In this document: positions 38,744 to 49,709 of the stretch, piece by piece | Layout: every line of letters starts with the position of its first letter | Position numbering within the stretch: the stretch's first letter is position 1 | Origin: Balanoglossus misakiensis | Taxonomy: Eukaryota; Animalia; Hemichordata | Direction of reading: 5' to 3' | NCBI GenBank assembly: GCA_040954595.2 | Contig: CM082584.2 | Location: 2,387,344-2,451,343, forward strand | Length of the DNA stretch: 64,000 nt | Notes under the pieces: generated by a model | Databases searched by the model: none | Seen by the model: only the letters and a program-made list of their open reading frames with translations | What the model was told of the DNA's origin: nothing | Made by a program: the position numbers and the translations under genes

Positions 38744-41700
38744 ATGGCTCAATCCAACATTCAACTGAAACCTCCAGCACATCTAAGCCTAGATGGTAAC
38801 GTTGCGCAAAACTGGAAGGAGTTTCGTCGCAGTTTGGAAACGTTCGCCACGGCAGCAGAACTGGACAAAAAAGAAGAGGCCGTACAAGTCGCCACATTTC
38901 TACATGTAGCTGGTACCGCTGCGCGGCAAGTCTTCGACACGTTCGAGTTCGCTGATCCCAGAGATGAACACAAAATCGATCCAGTCATCGAAAAGTTCGC
39001 CGGTTATTGTGAGCCAAGAAAAAACATAACCGTAAACCGTTATTTATTCAACTCAAGACAACAGAAAATCAACGAGTCGTTCACGGACTATTTGACGTCA
39101 TTACGCACGTTGCTCAAAGACTGCAGTTTACCCCAAGATTTGGCGGATGAATTTCTTCGTGATCGCATAGTGTGTGGAATCAGAGATGAGAAAGTCCGAG
39201 AAAGACTTCTACGAACTGACGACCTCACACTGCAGAATGCAGTCAACACCTGCAAAGCAGCAGAACTATCCGCAGATCAGATGAGATCACTCTCTTTCAT
39301 CGATAACGATAGTCCAGTTGATGTACACGACGTCAAGCGTGCAGGCGGTAAACAGTCACGTGGTAAGTCCCACCAGAAGTTTACGCGTCGACCTCCCGCG
39401 GGGAATAGGCAATCTCCGAACAGGCAGTGTCCGAACTGTCCCTATGAACACGATTCTAGAAAATGCCCAGCATATGGCAAAACATGCCGGAAATGCGGAA
39501 AACCAAACCACTTTGCAAGTAAGTGTAGAGGTACTGCCCAGCGTACCAACAACCGTTGTGCCAGCCCCACAACACAACATCCTGCCCAGCAGTCGATGTC
39601 ACGAGCCAGGTCAAGCCAGCACCCACGTAGCCAGCGTGCAGTGAAAGCAGTTACGCATGCAGATAGCAGTGATGAAGACATCGCACTGTTCACTATTGAC
39701 ACTCTAACTGTCAGAACCCTTGAAACTGAAACTGATAGCAGATCAAAAGACTGGTCTCAAAGTTGTCGCATTGGAGACACCAATGTATCCTTCAAACTAG
39801 ATAGTGGTTCACAAGTTGATATTATTCCAGTGTCTGTATTGAAATCTTTGGTACCTAAGCACACTCATTTGAAGCGTTCACAAATCACTTTGAAATCATA
39901 CAGCAATCATGTGATTAAGCCCATTGGCCAAGTCCAGCTCAAAGTGAAAGTAAATACACAAGGTGTGAATGGCAAAATCACACAGAGTAAGCCCATCCCC
40001 ATCACATTTCAAGTTGTTACAGGTAATGTTGTACCCATCCTTGGTCGTGAAACATGTGAAAGGTTGAATCTTTTGAAAAGGGTATTTCATGTACAAACCT
40101 GTGGTCCTGTCCCCAAACAGAATGGCAATATTTCAACTGCTTCAGAAAAATCACACTCAAAGCGTACTAAACAAGCCCAAAGGTTACTTGACAAAAACAA
40201 GGATTTATTCGAAGGCCTTGGTTGTCTGAACAACTGTGAGTATGACATACAAATTGACCCCACTGTACCCCCAGTTCAGTTACCACTAAGACAAATCCCT
40301 CACAAATTGAGAGACAAAGTCAAAGCAGAATTAGATCGTATGGTTTTACTTGATGTAATTGAACCCGTCACCGAGCCAACCGATTGGGTTATTCAAATCA
40401 CCGTGGTCATGAAAAAGAATGGCCAAGTGCGCGTATGCCTAGATCCACAAGAATTAAACAAAGCAATACGTCGTGAGCACTTTCCAAACGCCACGTTAGA
40501 AGACGTCGTAACGCGAATGCCAGACGCAAATATTTTTTCCAAGTTCGACGCCACGTCAGGTTATTGGCAACTCAAACTAAGCGACGCGAGTTCCAAGCTA
40601 ACCACGTTCAACACCCCCTGGGGTAGATATATGTTCAAGAGAATGCCATTTGGTATTAGCTCTGCAAGCGAAATTTGGCAAAGAGCCATGATAGATGAAT
40701 TTGGTGATTTAGAAGGTATTGAAGTCATTGTAGACGATATGCTACTACAAGCTACTTGTGATGACGAGCATGACAAAAACCTCTGTCAATTCCTAGACAA
40801 AGTTCGCGAGTCCGGATTGAAACTCAATGGCAGCAAATGTGAAATAGCTGTTGACGAAGTCGAATTCTCAGGTCACTTACTGACAAGTGAAGGACTGAAA
40901 CCAAGTCCAGAAAGAATCCGAGCCCTCACAGAAATGTCCAAGCCGCAAAACAAATCTGAGCTCCAGACATTTCTCGGCATCATGGTGTATCTAGCAAAGT
41001 TCGTGCCAAATTTGTCAGCACTTACAGCCCCATTACGTGAGCTTCTTGCAAAAGGAATAGAATGGAGCTGGGAAGCCAGACATGATGCTGCGTTTGACAA
41101 ATTGATTGAAGTCGCTACAAATGCTCCCGTTCTGAAATTCTACGATGCTAAAAAGCCCGTCACAATTTCTACTGATGCTAGTGACAAAGGTTTTGGCGCT
41201 ATGATAAGCCAAGATTCACACCCAGTTGCTTACGCCTCGCGCAGACTGAATAATGCAGAAGTAAATTACGCGACAATCGAAAAGGAGATGAGTGCAATTC
41301 TCTTTGCATGTACTCGGTTTCATGATTATATATATGGAGACAAAACAACTGTCGAAACCGATCACAAACCCCTTGTCGGTATATTTCAGAAACCGCTGCA
41401 TAAACTGAGTCAACGTTTACAATGCATGCGCATGAATCTTCTGAGATATGATCTACACATTGTGTATAAACCCGGTAAAGAAATGCTCATACCCGATGCG
41501 CTGAGTCGAGCCCCGATCGATGCTCCACAACAGTCAGATGCAGAACGCGAAGTTCTCAGTATCATCAATCAAATGCCCATATCAGATCAGAAGTTAGAGA
41601 AATTACGTGAAGAAACCGCGTGTGACCCAACGCTGTTGAAGGTCATTGACCTAGCCACCTCAAAATGGCCCGACAATAAAATGTATGTTTCTGATGAAGT

Positions 41701-42946
41701 CAAACCATATCATGCATATCGACATGAAATAACATATGCCCATGGAATATTGTTCCGCAACAACCAAGTCATTATTCCAGCAAGTATGCGTCCAGAAATC
41801 ATGCAAAAACTACACGCCAGCCATCAAGGAATTGTAAAAACAAAACAAAGAGCCCGCTCAATACTATTTTGGCCATGTATCAACAACGAGATTGAAGACA
41901 TGATATCTAAATGCTCAGTCTGTATGGAATTTCGTCCCAAGCGTTCTCGAGAACTGATGATCCCCCACGAGATACCAACTACCCCATGGTCCAAAGTTGG
42001 TACTGATTTGTTCGAATTAGGATCAGATGATTATTTGGTCATTATTGATTATCACTCAAAGTTCCCAGAAGTAATAAAGCTCCCAAACAAAACAGCGAAT
42101 GCAGTTATATCCGCAACAAAATCTGTATTTGCTCGTGAAGGAATCCCTGATACTGTCATTAGTGATAACGGTCCATGTTATGACAATCGTGAATACCGTA
42201 AATTTGCTCATGATTGGGAATTTAACCACATCAAGATCAGCCCAGGTTATTCACAATCCAATGGCCAAGTTGAAAATGCTGTAAAATCAGTCAAACGTCT
42301 GATGAAAAAGGCATATAAAAGTGGTCAAGACCCCTATGTTTCATTGCTAGAGTTTCGCAATACTCCCCTAGATGGAACAAATGGTTTATCACCCAGTCAA
42401 TTGCTTAAGAGCAGAATCTTGAAGTCCAAACTTCCCACAGCGGAAAACTTGACAAAACCTCATATAGTCCCTCCCATGACAAATCACTTGAAAGCTAGAC
42501 AGCTCAAGCAGAAATACTATTATGACAGAACAGCACGTCATAATATTGCACAGCCTGTCCCAGGTCAGCCAGTCAGATTTCGTAACCCACATGCTAAATG
42601 GGAATATGGTGTTGTAAAGGAATCACTTCCACAGCCCAGATCTGTGTTAGTTGAAAGTCAGTCTGGAAAGGTGTACAAAAGAAATCGCAGACATATGTAC
42701 CCAACATCTGAAAACCCACCACCACCAGATTTACCTGATATTGATGAATATCTACAGGAATCTTGTTCCAAACCTGTACCAGTTTCCAACCGTCTTTCTG
42801 AATCCACATTTTCAGACACACCACATACCACCCCACCCAACACTACTGCCCACACAAAGCTCAAACATGATCAAGTGAAAATCCGACCGGATGTCACTAC
42901 TCGTTATGGCCGAGTATCAAAAGGAAAAGTTCAATTAGATTTGTAG
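38744..42946 (+). CDS. Single-ORF Gag-Pol polyprotein (Gag, zinc knuckle, protease, RT, RNase H, integrase), ~1400 aa
   Basis: CRKCGKPNHFASKC knuckle, LDSGS protease, RMPFG and IVDD RT, TDAS/EKE/TDHKPL RNase H, HASH..CSVC and GTD/SDNG/VE integrase; no stops. Confidence 0.97.
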   Translation: MAQSNIQLKPPAHLSLDGNVAQNWKEFRRSLETFATAAELDKKEEAVQVATFLHVAGTAARQVFDTFEFADPRDEHKIDPVIEKFAGYCEPRKNITVNRYLFNSRQQKINESFTDYLTSLRTLLKDCSLPQDLADEFLRDRIVCGIRDEKVRERLLRTDDLTLQNAVNTCKAAELSADQMRSLSFIDNDSPVDVHDVKRAGGKQSRGKSHQKFTRRPPAGNRQSPNRQCPNCPYEHDSRKCPAYGKTCRKCGKPNHFASKCRGTAQRTNNRCASPTTQHPAQQSMSRARSSQHPRSQRAVKAVTHADSSDEDIALFTIDTLTVRTLETETDSRSKDWSQSCRIGDTNVSFKLDSGSQVDIIPVSVLKSLVPKHTHLKRSQITLKSYSNHVIKPIGQVQLKVKVNTQGVNGKITQSKPIPITFQVVTGNVVPILGRETCERLNLLKRVFHVQTCGPVPKQNGNISTASEKSHSKRTKQAQRLLDKNKDLFEGLGCLNNCEYDIQIDPTVPPVQLPLRQIPHKLRDKVKAELDRMVLLDVIEPVTEPTDWVIQITVVMKKNGQVRVCLDPQELNKAIRREHFPNATLEDVVTRMPDANIFSKFDATSGYWQLKLSDASSKLTTFNTPWGRYMFKRMPFGISSASEIWQRAMIDEFGDLEGIEVIVDDMLLQATCDDEHDKNLCQFLDKVRESGLKLNGSKCEIAVDEVEFSGHLLTSEGLKPSPERIRALTEMSKPQNKSELQTFLGIMVYLAKFVPNLSALTAPLRELLAKGIEWSWEARHDAAFDKLIEVATNAPVLKFYDAKKPVTISTDASDKGFGAMISQDSHPVAYASRRLNNAEVNYATIEKEMSAILFACTRFHDYIYGDKTTVETDHKPLVGIFQKPLHKLSQRLQCMRMNLLRYDLHIVYKPGKEMLIPDALSRAPIDAPQQSDAEREVLSIINQMPISDQKLEKLREETACDPTLLKVIDLATSKWPDNKMYVSDEVKPYHAYRHEITYAHGILFRNNQVIIPASMRPEIMQKLHASHQGIVKTKQRARSILFWPCINNEIEDMISKCSVCMEFRPKRSRELMIPHEIPTTPWSKVGTDLFELGSDDYLVIIDYHSKFPEVIKLPNKTANAVISATKSVFAREGIPDTVISDNGPCYDNREYRKFAHDWEFNHIKISPGYSQSNGQVENAVKSVKRLMKKAYKSGQDPYVSLLEFRNTPLDGTNGLSPSQLLKSRILKSKLPTAENLTKPHIVPPMTNHLKARQLKQKYYYDRTARHNIAQPVPGQPVRFRNPHAKWEYGVVKESLPQPRSVLVESQSGKVYKRNRRHMYPTSENPPPPDLPDIDEYLQESCSKPVPVSNRLSESTFSDTPHTTPPNTTAHTKLKHDQVKIRPDVTTRYGRVSKGKVQLDL

Positions 42947-44417
42947 TTTTCTGTGTTATAAAGAATTGACTTGCATTGTATTTGAGATACCACTTCTTTG
43001 TATTATTGTTCTGAACTTTTTTGGTGCTTTCCCGAGTTATAAGAAAAATGTCTTCACATTGTCAAACATCCTGAATTGTTCACACTTGTATTACCGGTCA
43101 CCCATTTGTAAAAAAGGGGCGTGTAATGTATGTTACTTTGAATGCCTTGTACATTACTATCTGTAATACTGCCCTCTATGTTGACTTATGGTAATAAAGT
43201 GAGTTGCCTCGTTTTGGCACTCTGTTGACTAGACTTCATGGCGTACGGAGTCCCAATACAACACAATAATCTCTGCAAAAGGTACAATGTGATATCAACA
43301 GGTGTTGGTAAGATTGTGTGGACAGAGTAAGAAGTGAAGCAATTGCTTTACCAATCCACAAGATAAAGCTCTATGACAGCAATGGTGAAAGAAGTGGTAG
43401 CCTCACTGTCACAGGCTTTCAAGATGATAGCAGACGTAAGAGCATATTACATCACAGTCAAACCAAATAAGTGACTTCATCTGTATGCATATAATTTTGG
43501 GGGAAACATTACTTTCAAAAATATGAATTTCTTTCACTTCAGCCTGTCAAAATTAATTGACCTATATATACCCAGCCATGTTCAACTTTCAATACCACAT
43601 GAATTCAATGAAAGTATATCTAATGGGCGAAATGTGTTGCTTCTCGCCTGATTTAGCAAAATTGAGTGACATAAATACTGGCTGGAACGGCTTAGTTAAA
43701 TGAACGTTTGAAATTATTTTTGAATTATGATTAGTCTATAACAGTAATAAATTTTGAAATAACACTATATAATACAAGCACTACAAAAAATGTCAATATT
43801 TTATACTACCTTATAGAATCCGAGGAAATTCCAGAGCATCCAATTGGTGTAGATGATGATGACCATGACTTGTTGATTGATCCTGGTTCCCATGAACACA
43901 TCCTCTCAGTAGAAGATGATAAACTTGCCCCTGATATCACCATGGACATGAATGACATCGAGCCGACAAGTGTACCTGAAAGGAACATAACATTACATGG
44001 TAGCAATGCTGAGGAGACCCGTTGCAGTATACCAATAGAAGATACAAGACAGACACAGCATAGTACAGGGGAAGACATCAACATGACAGACTGTGATTTG
44101 GAAACAGAGCACACTGAGGAGACAGTTGAAGCAGAAAGGATGGAAGTCAATGGTATGGAAAATTGCTGCACTCAAGAACGTAACTATTACTATAGTGAAG
44201 TTACCATGTATGGGATTGTTCATTTCAAGGTTCCACTCATTCTTATTTCCTCCCCCCCCCCCCCACCATCCCCAAATAAATCTGCAAGCCCACATTCCAA
44301 GCACATAGTTATGTCACAGTGCAGGAGATAGTCATTTCAATTTTATTTTAGAAAGGAAAGATAAATGTGTGTGAGCGGGAAAAGATATGAAACACGACAC
44401 ACCCACATATATGTACA

Positions 44418-44860
44418 TTTATAATATACCTCATGCTAATACTGTGCCGTGATTCGCCAGAATCCGTCACGTGATAGGAAAATAGAATCGACTATGAACC
44501 GCTAGGGAAATAGCAGAAAAAATATAAACCGGTCACGTGACCCGCGTGAGTGCACAGACTCGGTCACGTCAATCAGCGTCGCGTCGTCTGACACAATGGC
44601 CACCACTGAAGATTTTGTCTGCCAGCCTCAAGAAAAAATTGCAAGATTTTCCCAGCTGTTAGCATGAGGTTTATTATAAAACACCTATAGCCTGGCCTAT
44701 ATTCGGGCCATAGCAGCCGTTTTTACCCCCTCGTGACTGTGAGTTACCAGAATCATATGCTATTTCCCTCGGCCGCATATGATTCTGGTAACTCACAGCC
44801 CCTCGGGTGTAATAAACGGCCGCTATGGCCCTCATGGCCAGGCAATAGGTGTTCAATATT
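44418..44860. mobile_element. Non-autonomous double-hairpin element (Crypton-like architecture)
   Basis: TATAATATACCTCATGCTAA/TTAGCATGAGGTTTATTATA inverted pair followed by a long hairpin (CTGTGAGTTACCAGAATCATATGC / GCATATGATTCTGGTAACTCACAG). Confidence 0.5.
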
Positions 44861-46601
44861 TCATGTTGACCTTGTGGAACCCCAGGTCAGTTTAAGTGGC
44901 CCAAAAGGAAATCACTTTAAGAAAAACTCATTATTATTGCTGTTAAACCTTAATGTTGTTTTCTTGTTTGCATTCAGGCAAGTCAAGTATCAAAGAAGTT
45001 GCCAAATCAACAGCAAAGATAACAGCCACACATGAAGAGTCATCAATCTCAGAGTAAAGTTAGTGATACTTCTTCAACCACGATGGACAGTCTGATATTT
45101 GTCCTTGGAGAGACAAAAGAAGTCGAATAATTTGATAAATCACGAAATTCTTTGAAGGCCCTTCCCAATGATAAGAAGTTAATAAATGAATATATAGAAG
45201 CTAAGGTGAAAGTAGGAACAAAGCTGATGAAATCATACAGCATAGCCAAGCTGTCAATCAAAGAGTGGGAACAAGAATATTGCATAAATCATTGGGGTTG
45301 TGCACCAAATTTGGAAGATTACAAGAGAAATAAACGTATATTGAAATTGTACAAACAAACAAAAATGGCAACACATTTTTTGAAACGCTGGAATATTGAT
45401 TATAACTGAGAGGTGAAGTATTTCCAGCTGTATGTGCATGCAATTTGATTACTCAGTGTGGACATATTTTGTACACTACACGTACATTCAGAAATATGGC
45501 ATATTTTTCTAATGACATGGAGATTTTTGTGACTTCTGATGCAGAGTAAATATATTGTATAATTTACTTCCAAATCAGATGTTCTTTCCTTGTCATTTGC
45601 TACCAAAATTTAGTACCAAATGCATGGCATTTGTATGTCTGTGTTCAGGCTGTGGCCACAACCAATCTTGTAGCTGTGGCTGAGACTTTCAATTTTCTGC
45701 TTGATGTTAATAAACAATAACTTTGTAGTTTTGAATTTTGATGGAAAGGCAATCATCTATATTTGTCACTCATAAAAATGCACATTTCTTGACAATGTTG
45801 TTGAACCACTTCTCCCAAAATAATGGGACCCTTTGGTTTCAACCCCCAACCTGGCAGTGTTCAAATCTCACATTGTAAACACCACCTGCACCTGCACTTT
45901 GTTAATACAAGGAGACTGGAAACAGTGTGCTACACAATAAATTGAGACAAAGGAGTGTTACAAGACTTAACAAACAAGTAATTAACATATGGCCTAGTTG
46001 CACAGGAAAATGCTACAAACAAGTTTTTCCCGCCCAAGTCAGACTGTGCGTGGCGTGGGTCCATAGCTGCAGCTGTGGTGTTTTCTGGCTAATTGTACTT
46101 TTCCTTTTTACGGGCTCTTTTTCCGTGTCGATCAGAAAATTGCCCGCAAAATGTCAGACAAAAATTGCCAGAAAACACCACTGCTATGACCCAGAATGAG
46201 ATTATACTTAGGCCGTCCTCTGCATGCCATACTATCGATCGCACGTACCGAACGAAACTCGCATCACATGCAATCCGAAAATAGCTGATAAGAACTTACC
46301 TTCATTGTACAGTTTACCGTAAAAAGCAGTCTTACACCGACGATTACGTTGGCAGGAAATGAAGGCATCGACTAAAACAACATGAATCGGATGTACCGCG
46401 TACCGCCCACACGATGCACATGTCTGTCGCGATACAATACCATAGACTATTTTACTTCTGTCCATTCGCTCGCAAACGTCGTTTTCTGAATGTGTTATGA
46501 GCTTTGGGCACATTTAAGGACCGAAACGGGGAGATTTTTGACATTTTTTTGCCGAATTTTCGTCAAAACCTCGCCGTTTCGGTCCACGCCCGCCCACACA
46601 T

Positions 46602-48039
46602 CATATAGGGCGTTCTCACTGGCACGTTTACACCGGTGCTACAGCGGTGTAGATTTGACACCGACGGAAAAAAACAAGTGAGAACGCTTTACACCGGTGT
46701 TGGGCCGGTGTTGATTTGCGACGGCGATGGGTGGCGGGTCAGGGCCAGTGCTGGGCCAGCGCTCCGACGCAAATAGTCAGTGAGAACGCAAAGATAAACA
46801 AACACCGTTCAAAAGCGCCCCCCTGCAGTGACTTTTGGGTATGTTTATTAGGTATAGCCCATTGTCTTTGGTCAGTTTCCATTGTTAAGTCAATCACACT
46901 GGACGTGAGTGGTTTTCAAACCATTCGCAGTTTGCATGGTCTGCAACACTTCTGTCTGCTACCAACTTTCGGAAGGTTCTCTCGATCACCGAAAAGCTGA
47001 GGCATTTTCCATTTATGGATTAACATTCATTTACTTCTAAACATTATCAAAACTGTCACAAAGTCGTCTAGAACGTATATGCAGGTATATAAACTGCAAC
47101 ATGTTGCTGTAATGTCCTCGACGTCCTCAATTTTGTTAGTTGCCGTGTTGCTAAACATGGCCATTTAGACGATGTTTATTTCAAAACAGTGGCCAAAAGT
47201 TTAGTGTGTGGACGCACGGAGATTCTGTGGACTAATCCCCTGTGTTTGCAGAGAGTAAACACTGGCATTACACCGGTGTCAAAACTTTTAGTGAGAACAA
47301 GACTATGGAGGTACTAGATAGAAGGAGCGAGGACGCTATTGTTTCCTATAAACCCCATGTGCGTCTTAATCTGTTTGCAGATATCATTAGGATCTCATCC
47401 TTTTATCACCTGATAGGCGTTCATAAAGGCTGTGCGCTTGCGTAGATAAACAAATTATAGCTGGCGGCGTGTCTCCATGATTTACATTTAGCATATTCAA
47501 CCAGACCAAACTGCTGTGCCGAAAGTCTCTGCACTAGCAATTACAATGGTGACTATCGGGCATCCCACACCATCCCACGCGAACAAAAATACTTGCATCG
47601 GGAAGATTGGTTTTCAAAGAAAACCTAAGAACTTATTGTTTTTTGCGGAAGTTTGCGAAAAACTCAAAATATACATTTCAAAATCATGCTTTTTGGTTGT
47701 ACAAAGAAGAAAAATAACGCCACAAGTCTTCCAAGACGTCCGCCTGACACGTTTCCGGTAGTGGTGATGCGTAAACTTCACCCCTAGATGTAAATAAAAG
47801 TCACCACGCATATGTAGTACGCTCGTCCGCGATGTGCGCATTGTGTTTTTTAATATCATAGAAATATTACCCCGTAGATCTTGCAAACCTAACTGTAAAA
47901 TCGGCGGTAACGCACAGTGGGTTCAAAGGACGCTTTCAACACAGAAACACAAAGACTTAAGAAGCTTATCACACTTCAGAAGAAAGGGAGTTAATCCGCT
48001 TAAAATCCGTCCTCGCTCATTCTCTCTAGTACCTCCATG
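46602..48039. mobile_element. P-element-like MITE (CAT termini, 7-bp TSD) with a second MITE inserted in its left TIR
   Basis: TSD CACACAT at 46595-46601 and 48040-48046; TIR CAT[insertion]GGAGGTACTAGATAGAAGGAGCGAGGACG / CGTCCTCGCTCATTCTCTCTAGTACCTCCATG. Confidence 0.7.
46605..47306. mobile_element. MITE with GTTCTCACT/AGTGAGAAC ends (Harbinger-like)
   Basis: ATAGGGCGTTCTCACT ... AGTGAGAACAAGACTAT; internal ACACCGGTG and GTGAGAACGC repeats. Confidence 0.55.
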
Positions 48040-49709
48040 CACACATGAAACCACGCAACCACGAGGCTGAAGCCTTGGAAACCACCTAAGCTCGGCAATG
48101 CGTGTGTGCTCATGAATATGTAATATCTAATTCGCATATTCATGAAAAAGTAACCAAAAAAACAGGAAAACATTTTTAAAATACCAATAAAAAATTAAAA
48201 AAACTAAACATTTGCAGTTTTTCTTTATTTACAATTTGATATATTTTTAGATTTTCAGTCAACATTTTTTTTAATTTTTCGAGTTTTTTTTAAACATGCC
48301 GGGTTCAGAGATTTGTCCTTCCATGACTAGAGAAGCAATCAGGGATCGTCACATACGTCGGGTGCGGGATAACACTGTCCGCGGAAATGTTGATTTTGTT
48401 GCCCCAACTACTGAAGATAAGACAGCAATTCAACGTAAAATTTCAAAGCTTCGAACTCTGATGAAGGAGGGTAGGGCAACAAATTTTGACGTGTTATCAA
48501 CGGTACTTGATTTCTTCCTGACGAGTCACGAAACGAACGGCAATGGTGGTATGCGTGACGAACCAGAAGAAGGTGCTTTCCACGAACCAGTGTACCAGAG
48601 GTGTCCAATAGAACGGACCAGATGTATTTGACAACGACCCTCTCTGTCCAGAACCTCGTAAAAACTGTCGAATCACACTCCGGAGCATGTCGAGGAACTC
48701 TTGCCTCAAAGCGCACGACTATGATGGGCCACGCGGGGAGGGTCAGTTTCAAGTGCGAGGAAGATCACGGATTCAATTGGAATTCTTCGCCGTATTTACC
48801 GAACGGGAGACTACTCGTCAACTACAGGTAAGTGTAAATACAGTGACATTGTATGATACGGACTTATATTGTTTTGTCATCTTTTATTTACCAAGAATAC
48901 GTCAATGTATTATGCTCTCGCGTCGTAACTTTGAAATGCTATGAACATTATCCAACAGATTGTTACATGGGTTGTTGTCAGCTGGCGTACGGACGCGGAC
49001 TTATGACACTGTAACCAGCAGTGCAAATATGGGGTCGTTGAAGGACAAGTATAGAACGAAATGTAAGCTTACACTTTCTTATAGCTGAAACTATCTAGTT
49101 TTATATTTATTTGTGATCAGTCCTACTTTTAGTGTGGTCAACTTACATTGATTCTCAGACTGTTTCAATATAGTGTATGACCATGGAGTTACAGACATGA
49201 CTGCAGCATATAAAGACATGTCAAGACAATTTTTTTTCCAAATGTATTAACTGTCGACCATCATCACAGTCACCCCATGACTGTGCTGGCATATAAAGTA
49301 GGCAAATCATCACTAATATTTGGGTCGCCGCAAGGGAAAAGGGCCCTTATGCAAGTGTACGTCATTTTTAGTAATTTGCATTTGAATAGGTGACGTTCTA
49401 TGTGTGCTTTTCATATGCAAATATTCGCCTGCACGCTGGAGGAAAATGGATTTGTTCAGTATATTGCCCAACTTTTTCGAGAAAATGACAAAAGATATTC
49501 AAAGTATATCACGAAACACAGAACATTTATGTCATTTCTTCACTGAATTCGATTTCTATAGCTCAAAAAACACTTCTCACGTAGAGCGTTTACATTGTAT
49601 CTAATTTTATTCCCGCCATTTTGCTCAGTTCATATACACGTGACCTCAGCGCTAAGGAGGTCAGAGTCAGAAATCGCTGTGCTACTGATGTTTCCCGTTG
49701 CGTAAAATC

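Larger units (their letters stand above)
38579..43265 (+). mobile_element. Complete young Ty3/Gypsy (Mag-like) LTR retrotransposon
   Basis: 144-bp TG...CA LTRs (38579-38722, 43122-43265) differing at 1 nt; 5-bp TSD ATAAT; PBS TGGTGTCAGAAGT; PPT AAAAAAGGGGCG. Confidence 0.97.
34726..45409 (+). pseudogene. Degenerate Transib/CMC (RAG1-clan)-like transposase with SAP domain, interrupted by a Gypsy element and MITEs
   Basis: Frameshifted ORF chain with WHDHST (D), FHGDGP (D), QCICG, SAP-like LTVADLRRELDARG...KKPDLQSKL, EPLHDLKGH, RYFHNITVH, ENQERVFN (E). Later exons ~38542-38578 + 43271-43435, ~43817-44178, ~44978-45409. Multiple stops; termini not found. Confidence 0.6.

Noticed and set aside
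34726-45409. A true RAG1L/RAG2L (ProtoRAG) transposon
   Set aside because: Only clan-level motifs; no RSS-like TIRs, nonamer-binding region or kelch-like partner recognised.
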